From NCBI GenBank assembly GCA_002269645.1, contig NIVC01002369.1:1-64000 (forward strand): 64,000 bases of DNA, in the 5' to 3' direction. The notes beneath the pieces were generated by a model. It saw nothing but the letters and a program-made list of their open reading frames with translations. It had not been told where the DNA came from and did not search any database. The number at the start of each line of letters is the position of its first letter. Positions within the stretch are counted from its first letter, which is position 1. This DNA is from Macrostomum lignano. Its lineage: Eukaryota. A program made the translations under genes and the position numbers. Positions 46,345 to 59,400 of this stretch are shown here, piece by piece.

Positions 46345-47190
46345 AAAAATAACCTCCTCTCTCCTGTCTACTCTGCCCTCTTCTCTCTAGTCTCCTCTCT
46401 CCTGTCCACTCTCCCCTCTTCTCTCTAGTCTCCTCTCTCCTGTCCACTCTGCCCTCTACTCTCTAGTCTCCTCTCTCCTGTCCACTCTGCCCTCTTCTCT
46501 CTAATCTCCTCTCTCCTGTCCACTCTCCCCTCTTGTCTCTAATCTCCTCTCTCCTGTCCACTCTCCCCTCTTGTCTCTAATCTCCTCTCTCCTGTCCACT
46601 CTGCCCTCTTCTCTCTAATCTCCTCTCTCTTGTCCACTCTCCCCTCTTCTCTCTAGTCTCCTCTCTCCTGTCCACTCTGCCCTCTTCTCTCTAATCTCCT
46701 CTCTCCTGTCCACTCTCCCCTCTTCTCTCTAATCTCCTCTCTCCTGTCCACTCTGCCCTCTTCTCTCTAATCTCCTCTCTCCTGTCCACTCTCCCCTCTT
46801 CTCTCTAGTCTCCTCTCTCCTGTCCACTCTGCCCTCTTCTCTCTAATCTCCTCTCTCCTGTCCACTCTGCCCTCTTCTCTCTAATCTCCTCTCTCCTGTC
46901 CACTCTCCCCTCTTCTCTCTAATCTCCTCTCTCCTGTCCACTCTGCCCTCTTCTCTCTAATCTCCTCTCTCCTGTCCACTCTCCCCTCTTCTCTCTAATC
47001 TCCTCTCTCCTGTCCACTCTGCCCTCTTCTCTCTAATCTCCTCTCTCCTGTCCACTCTCCCCTCTTGTCTCTAATCTCCTCTCTCCTGTCCACTCTGCCC
47101 TCTTCTCTCTAATCTCCTCTCTCTTGTCCACTCTGCCCTCTTCTCTCTAATCTCCTCTCTCCTGTCCAATCTGCCCTCTTCTCTCTAATC
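46345..47190. repeat. 38-bp pyrimidine-rich minisatellite (TCTCCTCTCTCCTGTCCACTCTGCCCTCTTCTCTCTAA)n
   Basis: About 22 tandem copies. Confidence 0.95.
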
Positions 47191-47654
47191 TCCCCTCTTT
47201 TCTCTCGTCTGCCCCCCATGAAATTGTATTTCAAGCAGAAGATAACCAACCCTACAGCGTATGAAACTGCTAAAAGGCTGAAAAGCCTCTCCGCATGAAA
47301 ACTCTTTTACTGTCCATTTGGAGAATGTATAGCTATTTGGTGTTTTGACGGATATTTCTTCATTCATGAAATTTAATGAAAATAACGGTTAGGAGGGAAG
47401 AGTCGCTACTCCAATTTCTCTCTCGAATTCTCCTTGCCTAGTCTCGGCGAGGCTCACTCATACGTATCAGAGTCACCGTCTTCAGTCTTCTTCTTCTGCT
47501 TCTAGAGGCAAAATATTTTCCTAATTTCATGCGCAACCAACCGCGACTTCAGGATCCGCATCGCAGCATAGACGGTCCCTCCAGTAGAATCCTCAGCCAA
47601 CTTTTTAGTCTAAGTGTAGCAATTTATTTTTCAGGGTTAGGTACTTAGCTGTAT

Positions 47655-48385
47655 GGATGGAGAAGTCTACTAGGAAGGTAGACAGGAGAAGTATGCTATA
47701 GAGGTAGACCGGAGAAGTAGACTAGAAAGGTAGATCGGAGAAGTATGCTATAGAGGTAGACTGGAGAAGTAGACTAGAGAGGTAGACCGGAGAAGTATGC
47801 TATAGAAGTAGACCGGAGAAGTAGACTAGAAAGGTAGATCGGAGAAGTATGCTATAGAGGTAGACTGGAGAAGTAGACTAGAGAGGTAGACTGAAGTAGG
47901 CTACAGAATTAGACTGGAAAAGTACATGTAGGATACAGAGGTAGACTTGTGAAGTAGGCTACAGAGTTAGACTTGAGAAGTAGGCTCGGCTGGTAGACTG
48001 GAGAAGTAGGCTCGGCTGGTAGACTGCAGAAGTAGGCTCGGCTGGTAGACTGGGGAAGTAGGTTAGGAAGGTAGACTGGAGAAGTAGGCTCGGGTGGTAG
48101 ACTGGAGAAGTAGGTTAGGAAGGTAGACTGCAGAAGTACGCTCGGGTGGTAGACTGGGGAAGTAGGTTAGGAAGGTAGACTGGAGAAGTAGGCTCGGGTG
48201 GTAGACTGGGGAAGTAGGTTAGGAAGGTAGACTGCAGAAGTACGCTCGGGTGGTAGACTGGGGAAGTAGGTTAGGAAGGTAGACTGGAGAAGTAGGCTCG
48301 GGTGGTAGACTGGAGAAGTAGGTTAGGAAGGTAGACTGGAGAAGTAGGCTATAGAGGCAGACAAGAGAAGTAGACTGAACAGGTA
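47655..48385. repeat. ~26-bp purine-rich minisatellite family (GGTAGACTGGAGAAGTAGG...)
   Basis: Alternating variant units sharing GTAGAC...AGAAGTA. Confidence 0.88.
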
Positions 48386-49199
48386 GACAGAAGTTTTGTC
48401 CAAAACCGGACACCCATGAAGATCAAACTTTAACGATGGCAGAGCAGGCACGAGAGAGACAGAACGCCGCAGGGGAAGAGCGAGGTGACGGAGATAGGAG
48501 GAGAACCTGGAAGGCACAATGGGATCTGCGCATAGTAAGCATTGACAGCCATCAAGCGACAGAATCGTCAGCTTTTTTCTCTTGCACCGGAGACGCGCAG
48601 GGAGCCACCAGCAAGTTCCGGCGTGTTAGCCACATCCGCATTGAAGTTGGAGTTTGACCCAACACGGATCAGAGTGGATGAATGGGCAGCAGCTGCAGCA
48701 TCTGCAGCAACAATGGCTCCCCCATCGCCTATTATTTAAAAGCCGATCGCAGAGAGCAGAGCCAGCCCAATGGACTCTGGTCAGAGGAAGAGATGGGGCT
48801 GAAGGCTATGGCAGCTGGAGTAGGTAAAAAAGTGAGCTAAAGGAACAGCAGCTGCCCGAGGATGAGGAAACAGGATGGGACGCGTGAAGCGACTGCAAAG
48901 TTTGGGGAAAATTATTCTGCTCAAGTTCAGCTTGGCTCAGGACTGATGAAGATTATCCTGAATTCCCGTGTAGTAAATGATTAATTAAGTGTTAACAAGG
49001 ACTAATTAACATAATTCAAATTAGTAAAAGCACTCAGTATTGCTGCCTGATTAAGCTAACAAATTTGTACCTGTATATTATTTAACACTTTCAATGTTGA
49101 AATATCTGCATTATCTGCATAAAAAGGCAGATAATGACGATTCTGGCTGAAATGTAATTTAGTTCTAATTAGACTCAATGTAAATTTGCCTCTACTAGC

Positions 49200-49830
49200 T
49201 CTAAAGGGCACTCACTCATTCATTCTAATCAACTCCAATGTACATTCATTCTTATCAAATCCAATGTACTTTCATTCTTATCACCCCCAATGCACTTTTA
49301 TTCTAATCAAACCAAAGTACATTCATTCCAATCAACTCCAAAGTACATTCATTCTAACCAACTCCAAGTACATTCATTTTTATCACTCTAATGTACATTC
49401 AGTCTAATTAACTCCAAAGTACTTTTATTATAATCAATCCAATGTACATTTATTCCAATCAACTCTAATGTACAGTCAGTCTAATAAACTCCAAAGTACT
49501 TTTATTACAATCAATCAAAAGTACATTCATTCCAATCAACTCCAAAGTACATTCATTCCAATCAACTCTAATGTACAGTCAGTCTAATAAACTCCAAAGT
49601 ACTTTTATTACAATCAATCAAAAGTACATTCATTCCAATCAACTCCAAAGTACATTCATTCCAATCAACTCTAATGTACAGTCAGTCTAATAAACTCCAA
49701 AGTACTTTTATTACAATCAATCAAAAGTACATTCATTCCAATCAACTCCAAAGTACATTCATTCTTATCAACTCTAATGTACTTTCACTCTTATCGACTC
49801 CAATGTACATTCCTTCTAATTAAATCCAAT
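49200..49830. repeat. ~26-bp AT-rich minisatellite (TCCAATCAACTCCAAAGTACATTCAT) with higher-order copies
   Basis: Visible tandem units; longer blocks recur at ~49450-49750. Confidence 0.85.
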
Positions 49831-50305
49831 TAGCTCTCATGTACATATATTTTAATCAACGCTAATGTACATTACATACAAGCATTTGATTTTTGATAAC
49901 CAAAGTTATCCATTATCAAAAGAAACCGAGTTACGAGAGCTGAAGTATTTCGCTTAACAAAAGAGTTAATTTTATATACACTTTAAAAACAGCTAACTAG
50001 AAAAACAACTCAAAATACATAATCATAAAAGTACAACACTGCAGTCGAATGAATGTGTATTACATAGGTACAACAATTGATAAAAGAACCCTGACCAAAA
50101 GGCAATCTAAAAAAGTAAAAATATAAAAAAATCTTTAAAAAACCTCAATATTAAGTTGTCAAAGCCAAAAAATCTGTCCACTCAAAACCTGATTACATCT
50201 GTACAAAGCACGCACCAAAATATCAATAAAAACAGATCTTATGTACACACGAGGAAGTTTGTACAAATTAACTTGTATTATAGAAAATTCTAGCAAGAAA
50301 AAATT

Positions 50306-53300
50306 CTAGCGAGTACTATTGTTACTACTGGTACTAGTAGTATTAGTAGTAGTGCTACTGCCGTAGTTTCCGCTGACAAGAATATCAGAGAGGTCCGGCT
50401 GCGATTCCAGTTGGAGATTCTGAAATAAATCCGGATTAATCACTAACTAATAATTATTATGCTGATAGTTTAAATAATAAGGTTTCGGTTTGCATCAATT
50501 ATTAAATAGCACTGGATGCTAATCTGTTTGGCTACCAGTTTAGCTACCATTTTATCTACCAGACTAGCTACCATTTTATCTACCAGTTTAGCTACCATTT
50601 TATCTACCAGTTTAGCTACCATTTTATCTAGCAGTTTAGCTACTATTTTATCTACCAGTGTAGCTACCATTTTATCTGCCAGTGTAGCTACCATTTTTTC
50701 TACCAGTTTAGCTACCATTTTATCTACCAGTTTAGCTACCATTTTATCTACCAGTTTAGCTACCATTATATCTACCAGTTTAGCTACCATTTTATCTGCC
50801 AGTGTAGCTACCATTTTTTCTACCAGTTTAGCTACCATTTTATCTACCAGTTTAGCTACCATTTTATCTACCAGTTTAGCCTCCATTTTAGCCACCAGTT
50901 TAGCCAATCCAGAACGCACCTGTTCCCCCGCCAAGTGCAGCAGACAGTTGAACACCAGCTGAACCGAGAGCTCGCCACCAGAGCAGGCGCCAACAGCCGC
51001 CGGTATCCCTGGCAACTGTTGCAACAATTGCGTAAAGGAAGACGATTGCAAACTTGTAGTAGTTGACTGGGATGATGGGCCCCCACCGCCGCCAACCAGC
51101 TGCCACATTGCTCGTTTGAGTCGTTTAGCATCGACTCGTTTAGCAGTTCGCGCGTAGGCCAGATCAAGCCGCGCCACCTTGTACGGCGGCTCCAGCACGC
51201 CGTCGGCAAACGGATCTCTGGTTGTCGACACTTCGACAGACGACGCTTCGTCCGACAATAGCGACGCCGCGGCCGCTTCAGCCTCGGCCGTTGTTGTTGA
51301 CGACGAGACAACTTCGGTTGAATCGTCAGCAGCCGCGGCTTCAAGGATAGCGTCGGTATGTTCTTGTTCGTCAAGATCTTCGTCTTCGTGTTGTTGAACA
51401 ACATCAACAGCAACTGGAGTCGGCGCGACATCGACTGCCGCCGCATCCTGACCAGCCAACCGACGACTCCGCCGTCGGCCATCTGGAAAAGCCGACGAAG
51501 CGGACGAATTCAAAGCGTCGGCCGTGGCAGCTTCGGCCAGTCGGCGCTGTCGACGCTTCGACACTAATTCCGACCGGCGTCGGCGCTGCTTCGAACAACT
51601 TGACGGCGGCTGCTGCTGCTGCTGGTCACCCTTACTCTGGCTAACGCTAGAACCGACTGGCGACAATAAACCCTCACCAATACTGCTACTACTACTATGA
51701 GTAGCAGTAGTAGCAGCAGCAGGTTTTAACAACAACCGACGCAACGGCATAGCAGACTCAGAGGCGCCGGGCCACCAGGCGCCCAGACGCAACAGTTGAG
51801 TCGATGTCGATGCCGACTCATTGTCCGTTGTCGTTGACAACAAATTCCCGTCGGACAGGCCGAGGAATCGACGAAGTCCGCCAGCAAAATCGGCGATAGA
51901 AGCGGCGCGATTAGCGACAATCGTTGCCGGGACAACCGCGGCGTCGCCATCTGCCGTAGCCAGCTGCGCCTGCCAGTGATCGACATCATCATCATCATCA
52001 GCATCATCATTGTTGGCAAAGTGATCATCAATGTCGACAGAGGCTGACGGCAGTCGCAGTTCTGACAACTCGCAGCACAACTGCAAATCCTTGGCCAGCT
52101 TCCTATCGGACAAGCGCTGCAGAGCCGGAGTGAAGACTCCGCAATCAGCCGCTGCTGTGGAGGCGGAGTCTTCATCGGCATCGCCAATGCGCAATCGGGC
52201 GTCGGAGTCCAGCAGGATCTCGCAGTCGTTGTCGGCAACCCTGGCAGCATTGAGTCGCAGCTCCCAAGCTGCCGATTCGTCGTAGGCGGCTGCCTGCTGG
52301 TGGAACAGCGGGTCCAAGTCGAAGCGCAGACTGGACGGCTTCAAGCGGATGCGAGCCAATCGGGCCGGATCCACCGACTTCCGGCTGCGAGGCTGCTGAT
52401 TGGCCTGCGAGGTTCGGCTGCGCTTTGGTGCCACCGGCTCGCCGCTGCCGCCCTCTGCTGGAGGCAGATGATGGGATATTTGTAGGCTGATGAGGGGATA
52501 TTTGTAGGCAGATGATGGGATATTTGTAGACAGGTGATGGGATATTTGTAGGCTGATGATGGGATATTTGTAGGCTGATGATGGGATATTGTAGGCTGAT
52601 GATGGGATATTTTTAGGCTGATGGTGGGATGTTTGTAGGCAGATGATGGGATATTTGTAGACAGGTGATGGGATATTTGTGGGCATATTATGGGATATTT
52701 GTAGGCAGATGATGGGATATTTGTAGACAGGTGATGGGATATTTGTAGGCAGGTGATGGGATATTTTTAGGCTGATGATGGGATATTTGTAGACGGGTGA
52801 TGGGATATTTGTAGGCAGATGATGGGATATTTGTAGACAGGTGATGGGATATTTGTAGGCAGGTGATGGGATATTTTTAGGCTGATGATGGGATATTTGT
52901 AGACGGGTGATGGGATATTTGTAGGCTGATGATGGGATATTTGTAGGCTGATGATGGGATATTTTTAGGCTGATGATGGGATATTTGTAGGCAGTTGATG
53001 GGATATTTATAGATAGATGATGGAGATATTTGTATATATGCTGGGGATATTTGTAGATATGATGGGGATATTTGTAAGTAGATGATGGGGATATTTGTAG
53101 GTAGATGACGGTGATATTTGTAGGTAGATGATGGGGATATTTGTAGATATGGGGATATTTATAGATAGATGATGGGGATATTTGCAGACATGATGGGGAT
53201 ATTTATAGATAGATGATGGGGATATTTGCAGACATGATGGGGATATTTATAGATAGATATGGGGATATTTGCAGACATGATGGAACAGTGAAGACTAACC

Positions 53301-53639
53301 ATCTTCAACGCCAGAGTCCACTCCACCCGCGGCAGTTGCCGAAGACCTGCCCAGCTCGGCCATGACTTTATAGGCCTCTCGATGCACAGCATCCACCCGG
53401 CCGGCATAGATCTTGGCTCCGGCATCCAGAGAACTGCTGGCTAATTGAAAATTAGAAAACTCACAGTCTCCCTTCACTAGGCCTTCTAAATAGTCGATTA
53501 AATTTAATGCGAAGGCATTCTTCGCGGATATTTTGCCTTCAGCCGATAGCCGCATGCAATTCTCATATTCACTGAGCTGTCGGGCAGACAGGCGCCGGGT
53601 CAAGGTCAGCGCCGTGGGGCCCTCGCCAGCGCTCGCCAT
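50306..53639 (-). CDS. NCAPH: Condensin I complex subunit H / barren / Cnd2 kleisin, 663 aa. Exons 53639-53300, 52457-50920, 50419-50306
   Basis: KISAKNAFALNLIDY, NFQLASSSLDAGAKIYAGRVDAVH, DPLF, YARTAKRVDAKRLKRAMW, LSVQLVFNCLLHLAGEQ|NLQLESQPDLSDILV. GT-AG junctions in phases 1 and 0; total 1992 nt ending TAG at 50308-50306. The last exon was translated by hand. Confidence 0.93.
50525..50905. repeat. 24-bp intronic minisatellite (TTTAGCTACCATTTTATCTACCAG)n
   Basis: Fills NCAPH intron 50919-50420. Confidence 0.95.
52462..53282. repeat. ~20-bp intronic minisatellite (GATGGGATATTTGTAGGCAG-type)
   Basis: Fills NCAPH intron 53299-52458 almost end to end. Confidence 0.95.
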
Positions 53640-54170
53640 TGAGGAGCTGGCAGCAGAATGAGCGACTGATGAGGACAGCAAGTTAAGATTGAAATGGCAG
53701 TATAAAAGTTATGACCTTGCTATTAGCCTTGACTCAACAGAAGTCTATGGACAAAAGCTGAGAACATTTCTTTGCATATGCAAATTTATTCAATAATACT
53801 AACATCTAAAGTTAGTGTTCCGCCATCATGACAGTTACAGCAAATGATGAGTGGCACTTTTGTAGTCATATTTTTCATTACAGTTATGACTACAGAGAAA
53901 TTTTATACTCTGTTACCAATTACAAGATGCCTATTTTTTATATGCCTAAAGATGCCTACAACCACAACCTATTTTTATTGCTTTAGCAGAAAATTAGCAC
54001 ATAATATGAATAATGATTACAAAAAAACTTATAATTCATTATATACGCTCGTATATCAAACAAGTTACAAACATTTAAAGTTACAACTGTCATTATTTCT
54101 GAAAAATTTTAACTGGTATCTTAACTGGTTGACTTATTGTCATAACTATTAATATACTAATACTATAATA

Positions 54171-54371
54171 GTATAAAATTACTAATATTGTTTTTAATAT
54201 TATAATTACTCATTTTTATGTAACTGATTTAGATTTTAAAGCTAAATCAATATTCAGCTTTTTTCTATTCAGCTAAAGCTGAATATAAATCAATATTCAG
54301 CTTTAAAATCTAAATCAGTTACATAAAAATGAGTAATTATAATATTAATAACAATATTAGTAATTTTATAC
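54171..54371. repeat. ~73-bp inverted repeat with ~55-bp spacer (hairpin, MITE-like)
   Basis: GTATAAAATTACTAATATTG...GATTTAGATTTTAAAGCT (54171-54243) pairs almost perfectly with AGCTTTAAAATCTAAATC...CAATATTAGTAATTTTATAC (54299-54371). Confidence 0.88.
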
Positions 54372-55589
54372 TAATACCAAATTAATACCAAACTGATTTG
54401 GTTTTTAATACCAAACTGATTTAGATTTTAAAGCTAAATCAATATTCTATATACTAGGATATACTTTCGCTCAAAATAAACCCAAAGATACACAGTATTG
54501 TGTGAAACACATCATTAAATTAAATTTAATGTTGATTTTCACTTTTCTATTCTTCATATTTATTTACTTCTGATCTCACTCGTTTCTTTCGCTCAAAATA
54601 AACCTGAAGATGCACAGTACTGTGCAAAATGCATTATTAAATTAAGTTTATGTTGATTTTTGCTTTTCTAGATACTATTAGTAACAATATAATAATAATA
54701 ATTATAATAATATAGTTAATATTGTAATTATTTATTTTTATGTATACAATGGGGCAGATAACAATGTCATTAGTATAACTACTATGGCATTAAAGGCGCA
54801 AAAGGTGTACATATGGTGTAAATATGTGCATTTCCAAAATTCTAATGCACACTGTATACCTTTTATGCACCTCTATTGCAGTGCAACTTTTGTCCACCTT
54901 TCACTTTACCAATACCCTTAATTTCTACTTTGTTCACCTTTTGTGCTCCCAATGCACACTGTGCCCCTACCACCTATTTTGTGCTTTAAATTCACCTTTT
55001 GACCTTGCCAAGGCACTTAGATAAACATGTAGCATAAAAATATTACAAAATAGACATAAGCAAGGCAAAAGTGGGACAGAAAGTACAAAACTCTTCACCT
55101 TTTATGCCTATTACTATAAAAGTCTAAATCTAACAATATGTAACTAAATATACTATGTACACTCTTTGTTATACACTTGTTGAAACTATCATAATGCATG
55201 CAATACAAGATTTCAAATTTGCTCCTTGGCAGGTATTAGTATTTATTAAAAGGCAGTACTTATTCCAATACTGTAGGAATAATTTCTATCTTATTCTGCT
55301 TATCCACATGGCACACTTACAAGATAGCTGCCTAGTCTTCTATATATGCTATGGGAATAATTTTGCTTGCAGCTGAATAGTCAGGTGCTGACCTTAAAGA
55401 AAGACTACAATTGCTTGCCAATCTCAAAAAAACTATTAGGCAGCACAAAAGCATGTCATTCTAAATGTGATGATACTATACAACATACATCAGATTGGTA
55501 TATGTCAGTCTAGCTGTTAGCAATGCCTTTGGCCAATCCAAGTTGTGTACTGATCTTCAAGCCAATGTAGCAAGAAATATCTTTGACCA

Positions 55590-56300
55590 ATCAAGTTATG
55601 CACTGATCCTCCAGTCAACACTGCAAAAAACACCTCTGACTAATCCAAGTTGTGCATTGATCTTCCAGCCAACACTGTAAGCAACATCTCTGACTAATCC
55701 AAGTTGTGCACTGATCTTCCAGCCAACACTGTAAGCAACATCTCTGACTAATCCAAGTTGTGCACTGATCTTCCAGCTAACACTGTAAGCAACATCTCTG
55801 ACTAATCCAAGTTGTGCACTGATCTTCCAGCTAACACTGTAAGCAACATCTCTGACTAATCCAAGTTGTGCACTGATCTTCCAGCTAACACTGTAAGCAA
55901 CACCTCTGACTAATCCAAGTTGTGCACTGATCTTCCAGCTTTTCCAGCTTGTTGCACTAAGCAACAACACTGTAAGCAACACCTCTGACTAATCCAAGTT
56001 GTGCACTGATCTTCCAGCTTTTCCAGCTTGTTGCACTAAGCAAAAACACTGTAAGCAACACCTCTGACTAATCCAAGTTGTGCACTGATCTCCAGCTAAC
56101 ACTGTAAGCAACATCTCTGACTAATCCAAGTTGTGCATTGATCTTCCAGCTAACACTGTAAGCAACACCTCTGACTAATCCAGGTTGCGCAATGATCTTC
56201 CAGCTAACACTGTAAGCAACATCTCTGACTAATCCAAGTTGTGCACTGATCCTCCAGCCAATGCTATAAGCAACATCTCTGGTTAATCCAAGTTGTGCTC
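55590..56300. repeat. 54-bp minisatellite (CTGACTAATCCAAGTTGTGCACTGATCTTCCAGCTAACACTGTAAGCAACATCT)n
   Basis: About 12 copies with variants. Confidence 0.93.
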
Positions 56301-56365
56301 TTTGACTATAATCCTTTTCCCAACTGTCTTTACAAGTCAAGCAAGTATTTGTACACTAGCCAATC

Positions 56366-56650
56366 TTATGACAAGTGATGATTATTTATAAAAAAGGTAG
56401 CACATGCACTCATAATATCAAACTTTAGCCTCATGATGATAGTTGCTGTCTTCTTTGTGATATTTCTATAATATACATTGCAAGTGTTTGTTATCTCTCT
56501 ATTGTTGTGCACCATTAGGTAAAATGCTTTGTCCTTAGGTGAAAGATGCTCAAAGTTTGGGACAATGTTTGAGATTTCTCTAATAAACCTATTTTGAATT
56601 GGAATATACAATGCTAAGCTGCATTTAAAAACAAAATGAGTATACAATGA
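56366..56650 (-). mobile_element. Possible 3' tail of a non-LTR retrotransposon ORF2 (CR1/L2-like)
   Basis: HFVFKCSLALYIPIQNRFIREI...FEHLSPKDKAFYLM resembles the HFLLxC...K..YLM terminus of such ORFs. Short and weak. Confidence 0.35.
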
Positions 56651-57161
56651 CTATCATAGTTAAAGTATCTATATTAAAAATACATTGATATGATCAATTT
56701 TATATTTTAGAATAAAATATTTTATACACAGGCATTTTACAAAATTATCCTTTTTTTCATTTCAAAAAATCACCACTGGAGGTAACTTGAATATTATTTT
56801 TTTCATTTTATTTCTACTTTACTTTTGAACTATTGAGCCACATATAAGTTTGAAGTAATATACTTGCAGTTGAATAACTATACATTGTATCATTAAAGCA
56901 AAATAACATATATATACATACATACATAATAATCTAGAACTGATTTGAGTTTATAGATTAACAGCTTCTTAGTATCTTCAAGTTCCTTTATAATAAGCTA
57001 TGAACTATTCATATACAGCATTAGAAGAGTATACAAATTCTAAACATGATAATGCACTGTTGAATGCATATATAACTCTTATGAACCTATCAAGCTACAT
57101 TTAAATAAGATTTTGCATGTTCAGAATCAAACTAAATATCCACTCATTTGCAAGCATTGTA

Positions 57162-59400
57162 ATGGGTTATAAGTGCTATGTATTTGGCTGCAAATCTGGC
57201 TAAGCATCAGAGAAGACAGAAAATGAGAACTATTATGCTTTTCCTATTTAGACACCAATTTGCAACAGTGCTAGCTTTGCACCATTCCAAATGATGATTT
57301 GAATGCTTCTGAATTTCAATGCACTTACTTGAAGCATTTTACTGAATCCAGAAGAAAGAGTTCATTGGATCCAGAAGAAATTTATGCTTTTCTACATTTG
57401 AATTGACTCAAAGATGAGTTCCATTTCAATTTGAAGGCTTGCTAAGATATCTAATCAAGCCTATTACATAGGTAAGAAGTTAAATGCTACTTCCACTATG
57501 TGCTTCATAGGAGACCTTAGATAAAGAAATCAACAACTATCTTGGCTCCAATGAGTTACACAATTTCAGCAATTTGATTCAAAAGCTGGCACAAGCTATA
57601 ATTCCCTCTGGATTTGTCAGAAGTATAGAAGCTGATTTTTGATAAAACTTAATAAAAAGATCTGACTCAATTTGAGCTCCTTGTTCAGCTCTATGATAGT
57701 ACTGCAGGACTCTTCCAGGACTTTCCAAGTCTTCATCTCTGGCCTTTCTTTCTTATTGCCTTGCCAATGACAATAAAATGACCTCTTCCATTTTTGCCTT
57801 TCTAATCAAGTCCATTGGTACATCCTATCAGGATATGGTTTGTCTATCTCCTATTAACTGCTTGACCACTTTGAAATTATATAGCATGGCCAAAGAAGTG
57901 ACTGTGGCTGTCACAAAGAGAGTGGATTTGAAGTTGTTGCATTGTCTTATGACAAATCTTGTGAACTGAAAGTTTTACTCAATGTCAGCTATACCAGAAC
58001 ATGGGCTGTCTATGCAACATCTGTGTGACAATCAGAAAGAAATATTCATTGCTGATAGACACTACTCACAACATTAATGTGTATAACAACTTTCAAAGAT
58101 AAGGTCTATTTTACTGTCTAGCATTTGACAATGGCAGCAACTTTATGGCTAGGTTCAATGATATTGTGACTTTTTTTAATCAAAAGAGGTCAGATATCAA
58201 AGATTGTTTTCTATCTGACAGAGAAGGTTTATGTCCTCTTAATGTTTAGAGAACTAGTGCTTCATTGGTTGCAACTGCTTTTGGTAATACAATAGTTTCT
58301 ATACTCAGACTATATTCAAACACAAAGAGCATAGAAATAGACACTTTAACGTTCAATAGCATAGCCAATTTTTTGTCCATGATCAGGAAGCTATGGGCAA
58401 TATTGAATGTTAAAAAGCCATTTGCAGGTCAATATAAAGAAGATAGGAAATTGAGCCATTGACTAATATGCAAGACTGGCAGCTCCAATACAGTGTACCT
58501 TACTGACTTTGTTGGCTTCCTAGAGAATTGGCAAATGGTATCAATAGGTGTAGATAGTGTAATAAACAAGACTTTTGGTAGCCTTATTCAAACATGTTCA
58601 GCCATTCTACTATTATATGCAAAACTTTTTCTATTGGCCACTTTGACTACATTTTGCTAGGAAAGTTTTTGTCTGATCCTCTTAAAAGACAATTTGGAAA
58701 GCATAGGCAAATATCCAGTACATTTGTATTTTATCAGTGCAAAGCAAGTCATTCAGTCTGAGAATAAACTTTAAATGACTTCATTGTTTAAACATTCAGA
58801 AATAGACTTGCTATGCCTAAAGAAGTCTTTCATAAAGGATATTGAGCAGGACACTGACATTAGTCTAAGAGCAGCAAAAATCTTTGCCAATGTATTAGAT
58901 AAGCCATGCATGACCTTGCATAGTAACAAAATAGGCTGTTTGAAAATGATGTTCTACATAGCAAGCTACTTTTCAAAGTCTATCAGCAAGGAATATTCTG
59001 ATTGTAGAGAATTTTTGGTGAGCAAAGACAAGGTCCTTCTAGTGGAAGCGACTCTTGACAATGCTTTTAATTGTGATTTCCTAGTCTATTAGCTATCACA
59101 AGGAGGACTATGCTATCTATATAATTACTACTTTTGTTCTCTACATGACAGTGTTCAATTCATTTGAGCTCATCAAAGGTTCTAAATAGCTGTTGCAGAA
59201 GCTTCTTAGCTTTAAACAGCATCAAACTTTTGCACAGTCATGATAGTAAAAACTTAAAATTGTGCCACTTTTCTGGCTTATTGCTTCCCTATCTCAAATC
59301 ATTCAATAAGACAAGTCATTTGGCAGTTTGCTTTCTAACTCCTAAACTGTTTTCTAAATAACCTTCTTTCTGAAGCTAACTGCCCATTTGCTATTGGCAA
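57162..59400 (+). pseudogene. Decayed THAP-domain / P-element-type (THAP9-like) transposase
   Basis: ATG at 57162 gives MGYKCYVFGCKSG*...YAFP, then IPNDD...C...KHF (THAP fold). At ~58640-58715, FDYILLGKFLSDPLKRQFGKHRQ matches the P-transposase Y.L...(Q)DPLE..FG..RQ motif. Many stops and frameshifts; right boundary approximate. Confidence 0.7.

Noticed and set aside
50470-52686. 738-aa ORF as a single protein with KLVDKMVA repeats
   Set aside because: Both repetitive ends are intronic minisatellites; the true exon is 52457-50920.
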